Made by a program: the position numbers and the translations under genes. From the NCBI GenBank assembly GCA_963712275.1, contig CAVQHD010000001.1, positions 800,001-864,000 of the forward strand: a stretch of 64,000 bases of DNA. Reading direction: 5' to 3'. Positions 53,201 to 60,598 of the stretch are shown here, in pieces (the stretch's first letter is position 1; each line of letters begins with the position of its first letter). This stretch comes from an uncultured Rhabdochlamydiaceae bacterium. GTDB taxonomy: Bacteria > Chlamydiota > Chlamydiia > Chlamydiales > Rhabdochlamydiaceae. The notes under the pieces were generated by a model, which had not been told where the DNA came from, ran no database searches, and was given only the letters and a program-made list of their open reading frames with translations.

Positions 53201-56200
53201 ACACAAAGCGGGGGAGGGGCTATTTCCATTTCCGGTCAAGTGGCAACGGTCAATCAAAACCTCTCCTTTACAAACGGTATCACTCTCGCGGGAGCAACGA
53301 CCCTGACGACAGGAGCTGGCGCAGGAACGATCACTCTTTCCAGCACAGTGAATGGCAATCAATCCTTAAATTTGACTGCAGGTACAGGAGACATCATTTT
53401 TGGGGCGAGTCTTGGCCCCACGACTCCGCTCGGCGCTCTTACAGTCACTAGTGTCAACGGTATCACTTATCCTCTTGTGCATGCCGCTTCGATTGTCCAA
53501 TCAGCAAGCAGTGGAACCACCACAATTACAGGTCCTATTAGCACAACAGGAGCTCTGGGAGTTTCCATTAGCGGCGGCGTCATCAATCAAAATGGCAATA
53601 TTACGACAACAAATGCAGGTCCTATTTCATTTACCAATACTGGAACTTTAACTGTTGGTGTCGGTGTAGCGACGACTGCTGCAGGCGGGTATACTCAGTC
53701 TGGAGGGGGAGCGGTGAGTCTTGGCGGCTCGATTAATACAACGAATAACCCCATTTCTTTTGCAGGGGCGACCACTTTGACCGCCGATGTTGTATTAAAT
53801 GCTGGGCCGACAAGTGGCAATGGTGCGAACATTTCTTTCGCAAGTACGATCATGGGAGCCCATGCACTGGTCTTAACGGCACCGGGAGGATCCATAGTTC
53901 TCAGCGGAGATGTAGGAACTGTCGGAACCCCTTTAACTGGCTTTACAATTACAAGCGCCAATCTTGTGTCGACACAAGCAGTCGCTTCGACGTTCATCAC
54001 CCAGCAGGGGGGAACAGGCACAACGACATTCAATGGAGCTCTCAATACCACAGCAGTTGCAGGGATCACGCTCATAGGGACTGCTTTCACCTTTAACAAT
54101 ACCATCACGACAGCAGCGGCAGGGCCACTAACCGTTTCCAATACTGGTCTTTTGACATTTGCTGCCGGAGCCACAGGATCTATTGCCGGAGCCTTAACCC
54201 AAAGCGGGGCAGGAAGCACGCAGCTCTCTAGCTCTATGACATCTGGTGGGGCGATGCAGTTTAACAGCTCCTTTAGTGTATCTGGTACAGGATCTCTCAG
54301 TACGAGCGCTGCAAATCAGCCCATCAGCTTTTTTAGCACACTCAACGGTCCGGGCGATCTGACACTTTCAACGGGCACGGCTGATATTCTGATCTCTGGG
54401 AATGCGGGAGGTCTAACCCCTCTTGGTAACTTGACCATTTCGACAACACGTAACTTAACAGTTCAGGCGGTCACCGCAAGTTCCCTTACCCAATCTGCAG
54501 GAACTGGTACGAGCTTATTTAATGGAAACATTTTGACAAGTGGAAGTGGAGGCATCAATTTAACTGGAACAACCTTTACCCTCCTCCAGAATATCACGAC
54601 GACTGGCACAGGTCCTATTTCCATTACTAATAGTGGCATATTGACTACCACGGCCGAAAAGAGCATCTCTTCTAATGCAATTTTCACACAAAATGGATCG
54701 GGAAGTGTACTGCTTGGATGTACGATTACAACTACAAATGCAACGGCGGCGCTTGCAGATATTAACTTTTCTGGAACCAGTCCGATTACATTGACAGCTC
54801 CTTCTTTTATTGATTCAAGCATAGGTGGAGGAACGATCAACTTTTCGGCAGCAAGCACGGTAGATGGTTATCAACCAATCACTTTGACAGCAGGAACGGG
54901 TGATATCAATATTTTAGGAAATTTTGGAGGAACAACGCGTCTTGGAGCTGTCACATTTACAAGTGGTCATGACATCCAGTTTCAGGCAATTAGTGCTAAT
55001 TCTATTACACAACTTGCAGGAAGTGGGACCTCGAGCCTTTTAGGTGCTGTTGACACAGATACGCCGGCTGGCATGCTCTTTATTGGCAATAATTTCACAA
55101 CCGGTCTCTTGGCATCTTCTATAACCACGACCAATGGAGGTTCTGTCACCATCACTAACCAAGGCCTTGTCTCAGGATCGGCTCCAGTAGTGGTCACTGT
55201 TGATGGCGCCTTCGTTCAAAACGGTCCAGGGATCATCTTCGCCGGATCGACCACGGCTCGCCAGGGAATTTCCTATACAGGACCTGTAATCATTGCCGCT
55301 TCTGGCACTTTAGATAGCTCAAGTGGAGGAGGGGATATCGTCTTTAGTAATGTGGTTGGCGCACTGGCCGGCACAGAAGATCTTGTGCTCACAGCTGGGA
55401 TTGGTAATATCGTCTTCTCGCAGCCTATTGGAGCCGAGACCATGATTGGCTCTTTTCCTGTCACGGCCTTAGGCTCCGTCACGGCCACGTCAGAAGAGAT
55501 CTTGATCGCAAGTGTAGGAACTTCTCTTGCCAAAGGAGTAAATGGGGCTATCTCCCTCACAGCAAGTGGCGGGATGAACTTCACAGGGATGACCTATCAT
55601 GCAAGTACACAAACCTACACAGCAACTACCGCCTTTACATTTGATATGAATGCAGGAGCGCTAACGACCTTTTCTTCTGATGGAGCTGCTATCACCTTTA
55701 CTGGAGGATCGGGCCTGCTGCTCTCCACGGGAACCGATCTTACGATGAATACCGGTGGTTCGAATCTCACTCTTGGAGACATTCACGCCCAAGCTGGAGA
55801 TCATCGTGCACTTGTTCTGAATGCAGGTATTGGATCGATTCAGGTCGGAGATTTAGGCACCACAGGTGCAGGGGAATTTGCATCCGCTTCATTTACAGGG
55901 GCAGATCTCACTCTTGGGCATGAATTTGCAGATTCCTTTACGTTCGATTATACAGGAACGTTGAATGCAACTGGCGATATTGTGTCAACGGATACTGCGC
56001 TTAGCTTTCCCAGCACGGTTGTCCTTGATGCCACCAATATTTTTTCAACAGTTGGAGTCATGGGTGCGGGAATCACTTTTTCAGGAACCTTAGATGGACT
56101 GGCCGATGATGCCTTTGGTCTAACCTTAAATGCTGGAATTGGCACGATCACTTTTGCACAGAATGTGGGAGCGACGCATCGATTATCGAACATCACGATA

Positions 56201-59200
56201 GATTCTGCTTTAAATGTGACGCTTGCAGCTCCTGCGACGATGACTGTTGATTCATTGTTCCAATTTTCAGGCTTTGGAACCACGACTTTCGATGGTGTGC
56301 TTGTTGTTCCAAGCGCTATCGGAATTTCGCTTACCGGAACCAACTTTACCTTTAACAATTTTGTGCAGACACTAAGTAATGGCTCTCTTACCGTCACAAA
56401 CTCAGGAATTCTCACTTTCACAGGAAGCGCAAGCCTCTCGGGTGCATTTACGCAAACCGGCACCGGCACTGCTGTGCTTTCAGGATCGATCACGGCTGGC
56501 CAGCCGATTTTATTTTCAGGTACCACAATTCTTTCCGGAAATCCTTCACTTGACACTTCCGCAGCCAATCAATCGATTACCTTCCAAAATACGCTTGACG
56601 GTTCAGGCAATCTCACCCTTGCAGCAGGCGGCGGCGATATCACCTTACAAGCGAATGCCGGATTGGTGTCTCGCCTTGGAACTATCACCGTAAATAGCTC
56701 ACACAACATCACAGCTCAGTCTGTAAGCGCAAGCGCTGTCAATTTAGTTTCATCAACAGGGACAGCAACCGTTAATGGCGCTCTTAATACAAACGGAGCT
56801 GCGGGTGTGACTCTTGTTGGTAATAACTTTATTTTAAACGGTTCGCTTGTCACTACAAATGGGGGATCCGTTGTCGTGACCAATTCAGGATTAACTACTG
56901 GCTTTGCAATCAGCTCTCGCACCGTGGATGGATCCTATACACAAAATGGCACAGGTCCAGTTAATTTTGCTGGAATGCTTACTACTAATACGGGCGCCAT
57001 CTCCTTTTCCAGCCCTGTCACACTTCTTGCAACCTCGATTTTTAACTCAAGCGCTGGCAATAGCAACATCACTTTTTCCAATACCATTGAAGGTCCAGGT
57101 AACCTATCTGTCAGTTCGGGTGGAGGTAATATTCTCTTCAATCAAGATATCGGAGTTGCAACTACACTGGGAGCGATCACCATTCCCACTGCTCATAATG
57201 TGAATACGCAAATTGTCAAAGCAGCATCATTGACCCAAGCAGCAGGCAGTGGCACAACGACCTTTAGCGGGGATTTAACGACAAGCGGTACGTCAGGTGT
57301 CAGTTTGACGGGCACGAATTTCATTAGAGGGGCAAACTGGACTGCCACAAATGCAGGACCCATCACCGTGAATAATAGCGGTCTTTTCACAAGCACAGCC
57401 GCCGGGACCATTGTCTCTGCGGGAGCCTTTAACCAAAGTGGAGCCGGAACCGTTTCCATCAGTGGATCATTAACCACAGATAATGCCGCGATTAGCTTCA
57501 ATGGGCCGGTGACACTGGCTGGAAACATGGCATTCAATTCCGGCTCTGGAACCGGATCGATGACTTTTAATAATACCGTTGATGCAGCTGGAGATAGTAC
57601 ACAGACTCTTACCCTCACAAGCGGACTTGGCAACATCTCTTTTCTAGTGGGTGTAGGATCTGGGACACGCTTAGGTGCCGTTACTGTGACAAATGCCAAT
57701 AATGTGACCTTCAATGGATTAAGAACGTCCACTCTTTCGCAAACTGCAGGAAGTGGAACAACTACCCTCAATAATACAACCGATACGAATGCTGCCGGAG
57801 GAATACAGATTGCAACGAGCGCGATTTCCTTAAACAACACAGTTACAACTACAAACAACGGTCCCGTGATCCTGACGAATGGAGGCCTGCTCACGGTGGC
57901 AGCAACTTGTACGGTATCTGGGGCTTTCACCCAAAATGGACTGGGGACTTCCTCTATTAGTGGCTCAGTTACAAGTGTTGGCCCTATTTTCTTTGCAACG
58001 GGAGTCGTAACGTCAGGAAGCCCGTTCCTGACCACTTCATCTCAGCTCATTACGCTTTCCTCCACCTTGGACGGACCAGGCAATCTTGGCCTCAATTCAG
58101 GAGCTGCGAATACAATCCTAGGAGGAGCAGCTGGCGCGGGGACACGGCTCGGAGCCCTCACCTTTACTAATGCAAATAACATCACAACGGGTTCCATTAA
58201 AGCTGCCTCAATTACACAAGTCGCAGGTGCCGGAACAACCACAATAACCGGCAATCTCGATACAAATGGAGCAAGCGGGATTGATCTCACAGGCACCGTC
58301 TTTGCTTTAGATGGCTCAGTTATTACAACAGCCGGTGGGCCAGTAATCATTAACCATACCGCTCCTTCTTCCTTTATATTCGGCCCTTCCACAGGAATCT
58401 CGGGTCCTTTCTCGGAGCTTGGAACAGGAGTTATCTCTCTTTCAGGAATTCTCCACGCAAATAATGCGAACATCACATTTACCAATGCAATTAGCCTGAC
58501 AAACGCAACGACTTTGGATAGTGATGGCGGCGGGGACATCCTGATTTCAAGTACTGTCGATGGAAATCAAGATCTTGATTTAATAGCAGGAACAGGAAAC
58601 ATTACCATTTCGGCAGCTATAGGAAGCACAACACCCATCAATTCTTTGATTATTGAGAGCGCAAATAATGTGACAACACAGGCGATTTCTGCAGGTTTTA
58701 TCCTTCAATCTGCCGGAAGTGGGCTCACCACTTTCAATGGAGCGCTTACGACTACTACTATCAATGGAATTGATCTGACAGGAACCCAATTTACCTTTAA
58801 TGCTCTTGTCACAACTCAAGGCAACGGGCCTGTGCAAATCAGCAACTCTGACCTCCTCACAATTACAGCAGGAGCTCCATTTAACCTCACAGGACCCTTC
58901 TCTCAACTAGGACTTGGATCAGTGTCCCTTTCTGATGATATCACAACATCTGGGAATTCCATCCTTTTTACAGGAGCTACGACCCTCGGTAATAACATCA
59001 CGTTAAATACGGGACCCGGCCTCGGAGATATCACCTTTTTAAGAACCGTGAGTGGATTGCAAGATTTGAATTTAAATGCTGACTCTGGCGCTATTACGTT
59101 TGCTCAAAATGTAGGCACGATCAATACCCTTCAAGTCAATTCAGCAGCCACCTTAAGTGCACAGTCCATCACTGCCACCTCCATCAATCTGTCGGGAATT

Positions 59201-60598
59201 TCAACGCTGGCCACCATTAATGGAGCGTTGAGCACCAGTGGAGGGGCAGGAATTACTATGTCGGGTGCTGCTTTTACGATTCTTGGCAACGTGACAACTG
59301 GAGCCGGCGGGCCGTTCACCGTGACCAATTCCGATACTCTTACTTTTGCCTCCAACCTCAATATTTCTCTAGATGGTCCCTTTCTCCAGAATGGCAGCGG
59401 TCGTGTTTTTGGTGGTGGTACTCTCACCACAAATAACCAAACCATCGAATTCCAAGCTCCATTCAGACTCACTGGAAATCTTGCAATCAATAGTGGAATT
59501 ACAGGAGCAAATGTTACCTTAGACGAAGTAGAAGGAGCCTTTAATCTCACTATTGCAGCAGGAATAGGAGATGTGACTGTTAACCAAGTGATTGGAAATG
59601 ACATCGCTCTTCATAATTTCACAGTCAGCACAGCGCATGATATTTATTTAAGCGGAATTGGCACGGCTGCCACAGGAGTTACTGGAACATTAGATTTGAC
59701 TGCATCCAATGATATTGTCATGACCAATACTCTATATAGTGCTAATACACAGATTTATTCTGCAGCGCATGAAGTTCAGTTTAATAACGGTACACAAACG
59801 AACCTGACTTCATTTGGCGGGCCTATTACCTTTACAAGCGGCTTGATTCGCTTAGGGATTAGCAATGATCTTCAAGTGATCACAAATAATGGTGATTTTT
59901 CTTTCATTAGTTTACTCGGAACTAATTTCGAAAATATCATTGTCAACACGGGAACAGGAACTGCGGCTTTAAACGTTATAGCGAGCCTTGGAACCATCAA
60001 CAACTTGTTTGTAACTGCTGGAAAAATTACTATTTCAGGTTTTATCGATCCAGTTAATACAAATTTTGTATCGTTAACAGACATCATGAATACCGCAGGA
60101 CCTAATCTGATTAGTAGCCTTAATACACCAAGTTTTAATGCTCTAGGCGGGGATGTAGGGTCTTTAACAAGTCCGATTTTAGTCCAAAGTGCCAATCAAA
60201 TTTTTGCCGGAGCAGGCGGAGATGCAGGGAGTCTTGCAGATTTCAATGGAACTTCCTTCGACAATACTGTCCATCCAATTCCTTCGAATCCCCCTTGCAA
60301 AATCATCTTTAATGGGGTAATTATTAAAAACTGTACCATTCCGCCTACACCGCCTATACCGATTGTCATAACAATCCCTTCCTTCCCGTTTGCTGTTCCA
60401 GGATTTGACTCCTCCTACTTTAACCTTGCCAGCGACTATTTCTTCCTCCCTTACTTCTTCGATGAAAACTACATCCTCAGAGAGGTTGCGATGTATTACC
60501 GCGCTTCAGCTAAGATGTCTAGACAACACAGGAGGCAAGCCATCTTGAACAACTCTCGAGCTTCCGATCGAGCCAAAAAATTTGCGGAACGTGAATAG
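38240..60598 (+). CDS. Giant (7452 aa) filamentous haemagglutinin-like two-partner-secretion exoprotein (TpsA)
   Basis: Signal peptide; TPS domain (AIINYHKFNI, VLNRVTG, VFLVNPSGI); GGFVETSG and WLLDP motifs; about 6900 aa of T/G/S/A/N-rich beta-helix-like repeats; no beta-barrel or toxin tail. Confidence 0.92.
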   Translation: MAPFLKRIFYLTPLLLTASLFALPEKGDVAAGQADFYSSGGRSLKVTTSDKAIINYHKFNIGEGECVEFIQPSVKSCVLNRVTGKNQSRILGKLSSNGRVFLVNPSGIYFGPKAIVNTGSFLASTLSIRDEDFLNDKYHFFLEPGAEKAQIINEGTIAASPEGFVAFFAPVIQNHGTILAKAEKIILASAERVALDLAGDGLIQFTVDGELEEALIANYGTIESAQGVVELSMRAAQKAIKMVVNTDGAIAAAAIEEVGGVIHLVAGSCIAADTAHIDGGSHARVIAEGAIDASNRQENRKGGTVRLLGDHLHLKGAQIDVSGDAGGGVVLIGGDYQGKGGIRPAIETIFDSKTSVFADAFRVGDGGKVIVWAEDTTYFDGKIYARGGSEGGHGGFVETSGKMNLGIETGYVDTSAPLGNFGNWLLDPSSITIATTGGGTIAQGSSPNCGNFGSITISVATMQAAATNVALCAQNGTSSSITVNNAFTMATGVSLSMTAGSTSVGNINLNANITTRGQPITLTGVAVLGAAVTLDTTNAGGSSAGGNISFSNTINGAQTLTLTGGTSGIVTLTGAVGGTTALTSLTATGATITQSSTAKTTGALSYTGSTAINIAGNVTTSGGIITMTGPVVTTNSPTFDSTNAGGTTAGANINFTSTLNSTTAISIRAGTGGTVTFSGAVGNTASPTNLSFVSAGLIQIGNNITVTGANPLTFPSPVSLTGASIITSNNANISFNSTLNGAQILALVGGTGTTTFTGAVGGTASLTSLSAIAATITQSSTAKTTGALSYTGSTAINIAGNDTTSGGVITMTGPVTLNGNVVVDATNGGVSAGGANITLTSTVNGADNLTLTGGTGGVVSFGAAGATTALTTLTASGATINQNSTAKTTGALSYTGSTVINIAGNVTTSGGIITMTGPVVTTNSPTFDSTNAGGTTAGANINFTNTLNSTTAISIRAGTGGTATFSGAVGNTTLPTNLSFVSANLIQIGSNITVTGANPLTFPSPVSLTGASVITSNNANISFNSTLNGAQTLTLAGGTGTTTFTGAVGGTTPLTSLSVTAATITQSSTAQTTGALSYTGSTAINIAGNVTTSGGIITMTAPVVASNSPTFDSTNAGGTPAGANINFTSTLNGATAISIRAGTGGTVILGGAVGNTAPPTNLSFVSAGLIQIGNNITVTGANPLTFPSPVSLTGGSIITSNNANISFNSTLNGAQTLTLAGGTGTTTFTGAVGGTAPLTSLSVTAATITQSSTAKTTGALSYTGSTAINIAGNDTTSGGVITMTGPVTLNGNVVMDATNGGVSAGGANITLTSTVNGADNLTLTGGTGGTVSFGAAGGATALTTLTASGAIVTQTSTAKTTGALSYTGSTAINVNGNITTSGGVITMTGPVVITAAPTFDSTNAGGAAAGANISFSSTLNGATALTLRAGTGGNVSFTGAVGGTNALTNLSFTSANLIQIGNNITVTGANPLTFPDPVSLTGTSTITSNNANISFSSTLNGAQALTLAAGTGSITFTGAVGGGTPLTSLTISNATNVTANAITASSITQSAGTGTTTFNGLVNTTGTSGISLTGTNFAINANVTTTNTGSFSIAHSGSLTIPSGVVISVDGAFVDSSSGTTSLAGNITSNGHNISFGTPVTLAGPVVLNSGASTGNIIFSSTLDGAQNLNLSAGNGNITFTGAVGGTTRLGTLTVNTTNNFTANALTLAAFNQVAGTGITTFNGAVDLNTVAGLSITDTNTTFNNTVNTTSGGPATISVGGTLILTSSAVFTLTGAFTESGAGGVQSAGSITTANQTIQFGSAVALTGATTLNTGSGAGNILFSNTLDGPGNLNLTAGTGNITFNMAVGSSTRLGALTINSATTISALAVKAASINQVAASGTSTYSGDINTNAVAGVHLTGNIFSINGNLITTAAGPFTITNSGLLTLTAGNSTSLSSTFTQNGTGSVNFSGTILTSNAAISFASPITLSGAAVLNAGAGSGSITLSSTVDGTVSGAQTLTLTSGTGNTTLGGNIGSTVPLSDISINQAANVSVQAVTASSLTQLMGSGTSTFNGAINTSTVTGINLTGTAFTFNNNVTTTASGPLIVTNNSGVLTFASGTVSNIGGAFSQLGTGGVSLAGQITAGGAISIAGQVTVAGTATLSTAAASQNITLSSTVNGANNLTLAAGGGDITISDTVGGTTRLGNLIFSSAHNISTQSITAASIVQTAGTGTTTFGGATLNTNGASGINLTLTNFSYNGSIVTTGSGPVIVASSGTVTLVSSGTTSISGSFQQNGGAGSVSFSGTLTTINQPITFTSPMTLTGDATLTSGSGAGDISLSTVTGAHNLTLTAGTGSITTGTIGAVPLTTITFTSANNITAAAISAGSITQTAGSGTSIFNGVLTTTTASGISLTGTGFQFPNSVATTTTGSFSLNNSGSAIFGPGVVFSIDGAFSQTGSGAVSLGANITTNTGAISLASAVTLNGASVLNSSAGNGNITFSSSINGAQTLSMTAAGGNVSVSGAIGATTPLSSLTVVSANNISFANIGTVGSAGVTGATSLSATTNLNFNGTNYNLNAQTLSATTANFNAGALTTFTTNGNPITVSATTMQLSSGTDLTMNSTNGAITLPTTHAVAGNLRTLTLNAGTGTVQVAQIGASNNGEFAAVSLTGGNLLIRGDLFSNALTLSSSAGHQIFLGGSITTVNTAVSFPVAVIRDTITTATVSTGTTGAAISFSSTIDGDVALTRNLTLAAGSGNITLTGAVGGTTPLGTLTLSSANNANANAITVGVLAQNSGTGTTTFNGVINTSNALGINLTGSAFTFNNTVTTTMGGALQINNSGLLSMPNGATLTLSGPFSQTGSGAVQIGNTITSGDEILFTGGVSLTHATSLSTAAANQTIEFMSSIDSVSTTPFDLSLDAGTGNILILGNMGSIHPLGSFLINHAQNITLQSITANGTVLNGGTGTTTINGDALIGSGGISATGNNFVGNGNVTTTNGGNITLNNSGTATGTAGTTTTCDGNYNQIGSGPFFAGGLTTVHGNLLITSPVTVFAPSTFDLSTGGGSMTFLSTIDGGSSLSLLSSGGSITLSGDVGSGVPLGAFSIDGAGNVMTQGIQATSIAQTASTGTTTFNGALITSGASGIAITTNAIVRGAAITTIGNGPLTITNSGTFTSTAAGAIILAGAFTQNGAGPVTLGGSLTTSNANISFSSPITLAANVSLSSGTGAGNITLSQTVQGGFNLALNSGTGNITLSGNAGTLTPLASFSIVQASNVSTEAISAVSISQTAGTGTTTFNGALNTTGASGISLTGTSFTFNNTFTTAAAGPVSVTNSGLLTFDAGATGSIAGALTQSGAGSTQLSSSITTGGMVQFNGPFTVSGTGSLSTSAANQPITFFSTLNGPGNLTLSSGTADIVLSANAGSLTPLGTLTISTVGNLTTQAITALAFTQSAGGGTTLINGNITTSGSGGVNLTGTTFTFLQNTTTTGTGPITISNSGTLTTTAGKTFSSNGVFTQNGSGSVLLGSTITTTNATAANANINFSGTSPITVTAPSIIDSSTGGGTINFSAASTVDGSQSINLIAGTGDINILGNFGGVTRLGVFTITSGHDIQLQAVTASSMSQLAGSGTTSLLGSLNTNSPAGMTFIGNNFTIGPFASSITTTNGGSLTLTNQGLAAGTAPVVVTIDGSYIQNGTGAIFVGPITARQGISFTGPATIASSGTLDSSAGNGNITFSNTVDALTGTENLILNPGTGNIAFSSAVGSSTPLGALTIQSASNVTATSISAGQISGSSMTGLATFNGSVTTSSAAGIVLSGNAFTFNHNVTTTGNGVVTLTNSGALMIANGVTFNLDGAFTQSGAGAISFGGSIITTNDAISVASAMTLTAPASFNSGAGAGDITLSGLIDGSTTLTVTAGTGSATFQSVIGHTTPLTALTIPSASTVYVNANATLSGPFTITAATGPTTFNGTLNASVISLNGAAINFNNAVSTSSGAIGITNSGTLTVASASPITSSTSFTQTGAGNVSLGSNITTAGTLSVASPITLTNGVTLNSGGGNLTLSSAVNGSFDLTLTAGVGNVTLSGDIGGVSRVGAFTLTSAQDISVQAITAASIMQQSSTGTSTLQGNLDTNTIAGITLIGTNFVSSGTINTTNGGPLTVTNSGLATGTGASTITLDGAFTQNGTGPVNVGGSVTTNNANISLSGPVSVLLPTTFTSNGGNISFLNTVQGSACLTLVASTGNVTFSAAVGGTTPLGCLTASGATIFQNSSLIASGVVQETGTTAIKLSGNITTNANDITLTGNTIVAASLALSTSGGAGDISVTGTLNGDVAGRNLTIQTGTGNITLSNPIGNNTSFNNITMSANNISWANLGSTIVGATGTTSLTATTNINFTGTSYKSSTPSYTAGSNFNFTAGVATSVSSNALPITFTSGTIQLSNDLTLNSNGATITMGDLLGTGFNFTVNAGMGTYNFVQIGASGQLLNNVNLTANTFNPTPALNTNVFANSLTTNSITPLTISSGTGLIGNVTYNQPVIFQGNVIYTCGSAGTITFNQTVDAFTADVDTLTFDFNPCTGSVVFNAPVGSIAPLASLDIDSATDVTVNEPMNVGALSVTNGTGTTSINSGITSTDAGGISISTPVINLMGSISTASGGPLVLDNSGTFTVAAGSSFDISGAFQQTGAGAVSIGGSVITHDSTIQFTGPISLTGDMTFNSNILTGGNISFADTIQGAQNLTIAAGGHDVTFGAAVGTIGTPLATLQITSARNVTASAAIFAAEIAQLAGSGTTSLSALSTTALNGITLTGTAFIFNGNVTTIGNGPLTVSNSGTAAFGNATYSIGGALTQTGAGSVTLAGTFSAGGVISFAQDVTLTGTTSLDTSANGQTITFSSTLTNDNMGAHDLTLNAGAGSITFSGTVGSTPIGALTISNASNVTAGAISATSITQSAGSSTTSINGNMTTTGVAGINLSGTNFTLNSTVTTTNLGPFSISNSGPLFLTLGNSTSIAGAFTQSGGGAISISGQVATVNQNLSFTNGITLAGATTLTTGAGAGTITLSSTVNGNQSLNLTAGTGDIIFGASLGPTTPLGALTVTSVNGITYPLVHAASIVQSASSGTTTITGPISTTGALGVSISGGVINQNGNITTTNAGPISFTNTGTLTVGVGVATTAAGGYTQSGGGAVSLGGSINTTNNPISFAGATTLTADVVLNAGPTSGNGANISFASTIMGAHALVLTAPGGSIVLSGDVGTVGTPLTGFTITSANLVSTQAVASTFITQQGGTGTTTFNGALNTTAVAGITLIGTAFTFNNTITTAAAGPLTVSNTGLLTFAAGATGSIAGALTQSGAGSTQLSSSMTSGGAMQFNSSFSVSGTGSLSTSAANQPISFFSTLNGPGDLTLSTGTADILISGNAGGLTPLGNLTISTTRNLTVQAVTASSLTQSAGTGTSLFNGNILTSGSGGINLTGTTFTLLQNITTTGTGPISITNSGILTTTAEKSISSNAIFTQNGSGSVLLGCTITTTNATAALADINFSGTSPITLTAPSFIDSSIGGGTINFSAASTVDGYQPITLTAGTGDINILGNFGGTTRLGAVTFTSGHDIQFQAISANSITQLAGSGTSSLLGAVDTDTPAGMLFIGNNFTTGLLASSITTTNGGSVTITNQGLVSGSAPVVVTVDGAFVQNGPGIIFAGSTTARQGISYTGPVIIAASGTLDSSSGGGDIVFSNVVGALAGTEDLVLTAGIGNIVFSQPIGAETMIGSFPVTALGSVTATSEEILIASVGTSLAKGVNGAISLTASGGMNFTGMTYHASTQTYTATTAFTFDMNAGALTTFSSDGAAITFTGGSGLLLSTGTDLTMNTGGSNLTLGDIHAQAGDHRALVLNAGIGSIQVGDLGTTGAGEFASASFTGADLTLGHEFADSFTFDYTGTLNATGDIVSTDTALSFPSTVVLDATNIFSTVGVMGAGITFSGTLDGLADDAFGLTLNAGIGTITFAQNVGATHRLSNITIDSALNVTLAAPATMTVDSLFQFSGFGTTTFDGVLVVPSAIGISLTGTNFTFNNFVQTLSNGSLTVTNSGILTFTGSASLSGAFTQTGTGTAVLSGSITAGQPILFSGTTILSGNPSLDTSAANQSITFQNTLDGSGNLTLAAGGGDITLQANAGLVSRLGTITVNSSHNITAQSVSASAVNLVSSTGTATVNGALNTNGAAGVTLVGNNFILNGSLVTTNGGSVVVTNSGLTTGFAISSRTVDGSYTQNGTGPVNFAGMLTTNTGAISFSSPVTLLATSIFNSSAGNSNITFSNTIEGPGNLSVSSGGGNILFNQDIGVATTLGAITIPTAHNVNTQIVKAASLTQAAGSGTTTFSGDLTTSGTSGVSLTGTNFIRGANWTATNAGPITVNNSGLFTSTAAGTIVSAGAFNQSGAGTVSISGSLTTDNAAISFNGPVTLAGNMAFNSGSGTGSMTFNNTVDAAGDSTQTLTLTSGLGNISFLVGVGSGTRLGAVTVTNANNVTFNGLRTSTLSQTAGSGTTTLNNTTDTNAAGGIQIATSAISLNNTVTTTNNGPVILTNGGLLTVAATCTVSGAFTQNGLGTSSISGSVTSVGPIFFATGVVTSGSPFLTTSSQLITLSSTLDGPGNLGLNSGAANTILGGAAGAGTRLGALTFTNANNITTGSIKAASITQVAGAGTTTITGNLDTNGASGIDLTGTVFALDGSVITTAGGPVIINHTAPSSFIFGPSTGISGPFSELGTGVISLSGILHANNANITFTNAISLTNATTLDSDGGGDILISSTVDGNQDLDLIAGTGNITISAAIGSTTPINSLIIESANNVTTQAISAGFILQSAGSGLTTFNGALTTTTINGIDLTGTQFTFNALVTTQGNGPVQISNSDLLTITAGAPFNLTGPFSQLGLGSVSLSDDITTSGNSILFTGATTLGNNITLNTGPGLGDITFLRTVSGLQDLNLNADSGAITFAQNVGTINTLQVNSAATLSAQSITATSINLSGISTLATINGALSTSGGAGITMSGAAFTILGNVTTGAGGPFTVTNSDTLTFASNLNISLDGPFLQNGSGRVFGGGTLTTNNQTIEFQAPFRLTGNLAINSGITGANVTLDEVEGAFNLTIAAGIGDVTVNQVIGNDIALHNFTVSTAHDIYLSGIGTAATGVTGTLDLTASNDIVMTNTLYSANTQIYSAAHEVQFNNGTQTNLTSFGGPITFTSGLIRLGISNDLQVITNNGDFSFISLLGTNFENIIVNTGTGTAALNVIASLGTINNLFVTAGKITISGFIDPVNTNFVSLTDIMNTAGPNLISSLNTPSFNALGGDVGSLTSPILVQSANQIFAGAGGDAGSLADFNGTSFDNTVHPIPSNPPCKIIFNGVIIKNCTIPPTPPIPIVITIPSFPFAVPGFDSSYFNLASDYFFLPYFFDENYILREVAMYYRASAKMSRQHRRQAILNNSRASDRAKKFAERE
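40031..42760 (+). repeat. Near-identical intragenic tandem array A-B-A-A-B-A' (A = 552 bp, B = 312 bp)
   Basis: Unit starts (AKTTGALSYTGST) at 40031, 40583, 40895, 41447, 41999 and 42311; right end approximate. Confidence 0.9.
48050..55421 (+). repeat. Dispersed ~1.4-kb intragenic duplication (about 48050-49460 vs 54011-55421)
   Basis: Constant 5961-bp offset at QSGAGSTQLSSS (48239/54200) and QGIS.TGP (49301/55262); ends approximate. Confidence 0.85.

Noticed and set aside
38563..60195. Dozens of minus-strand V/P/A-rich ORFs within the giant gene
   Set aside because: Antisense shadows of the repetitive Thr/Gly/Ser/Asn codons; no RBS or independent domain signal.
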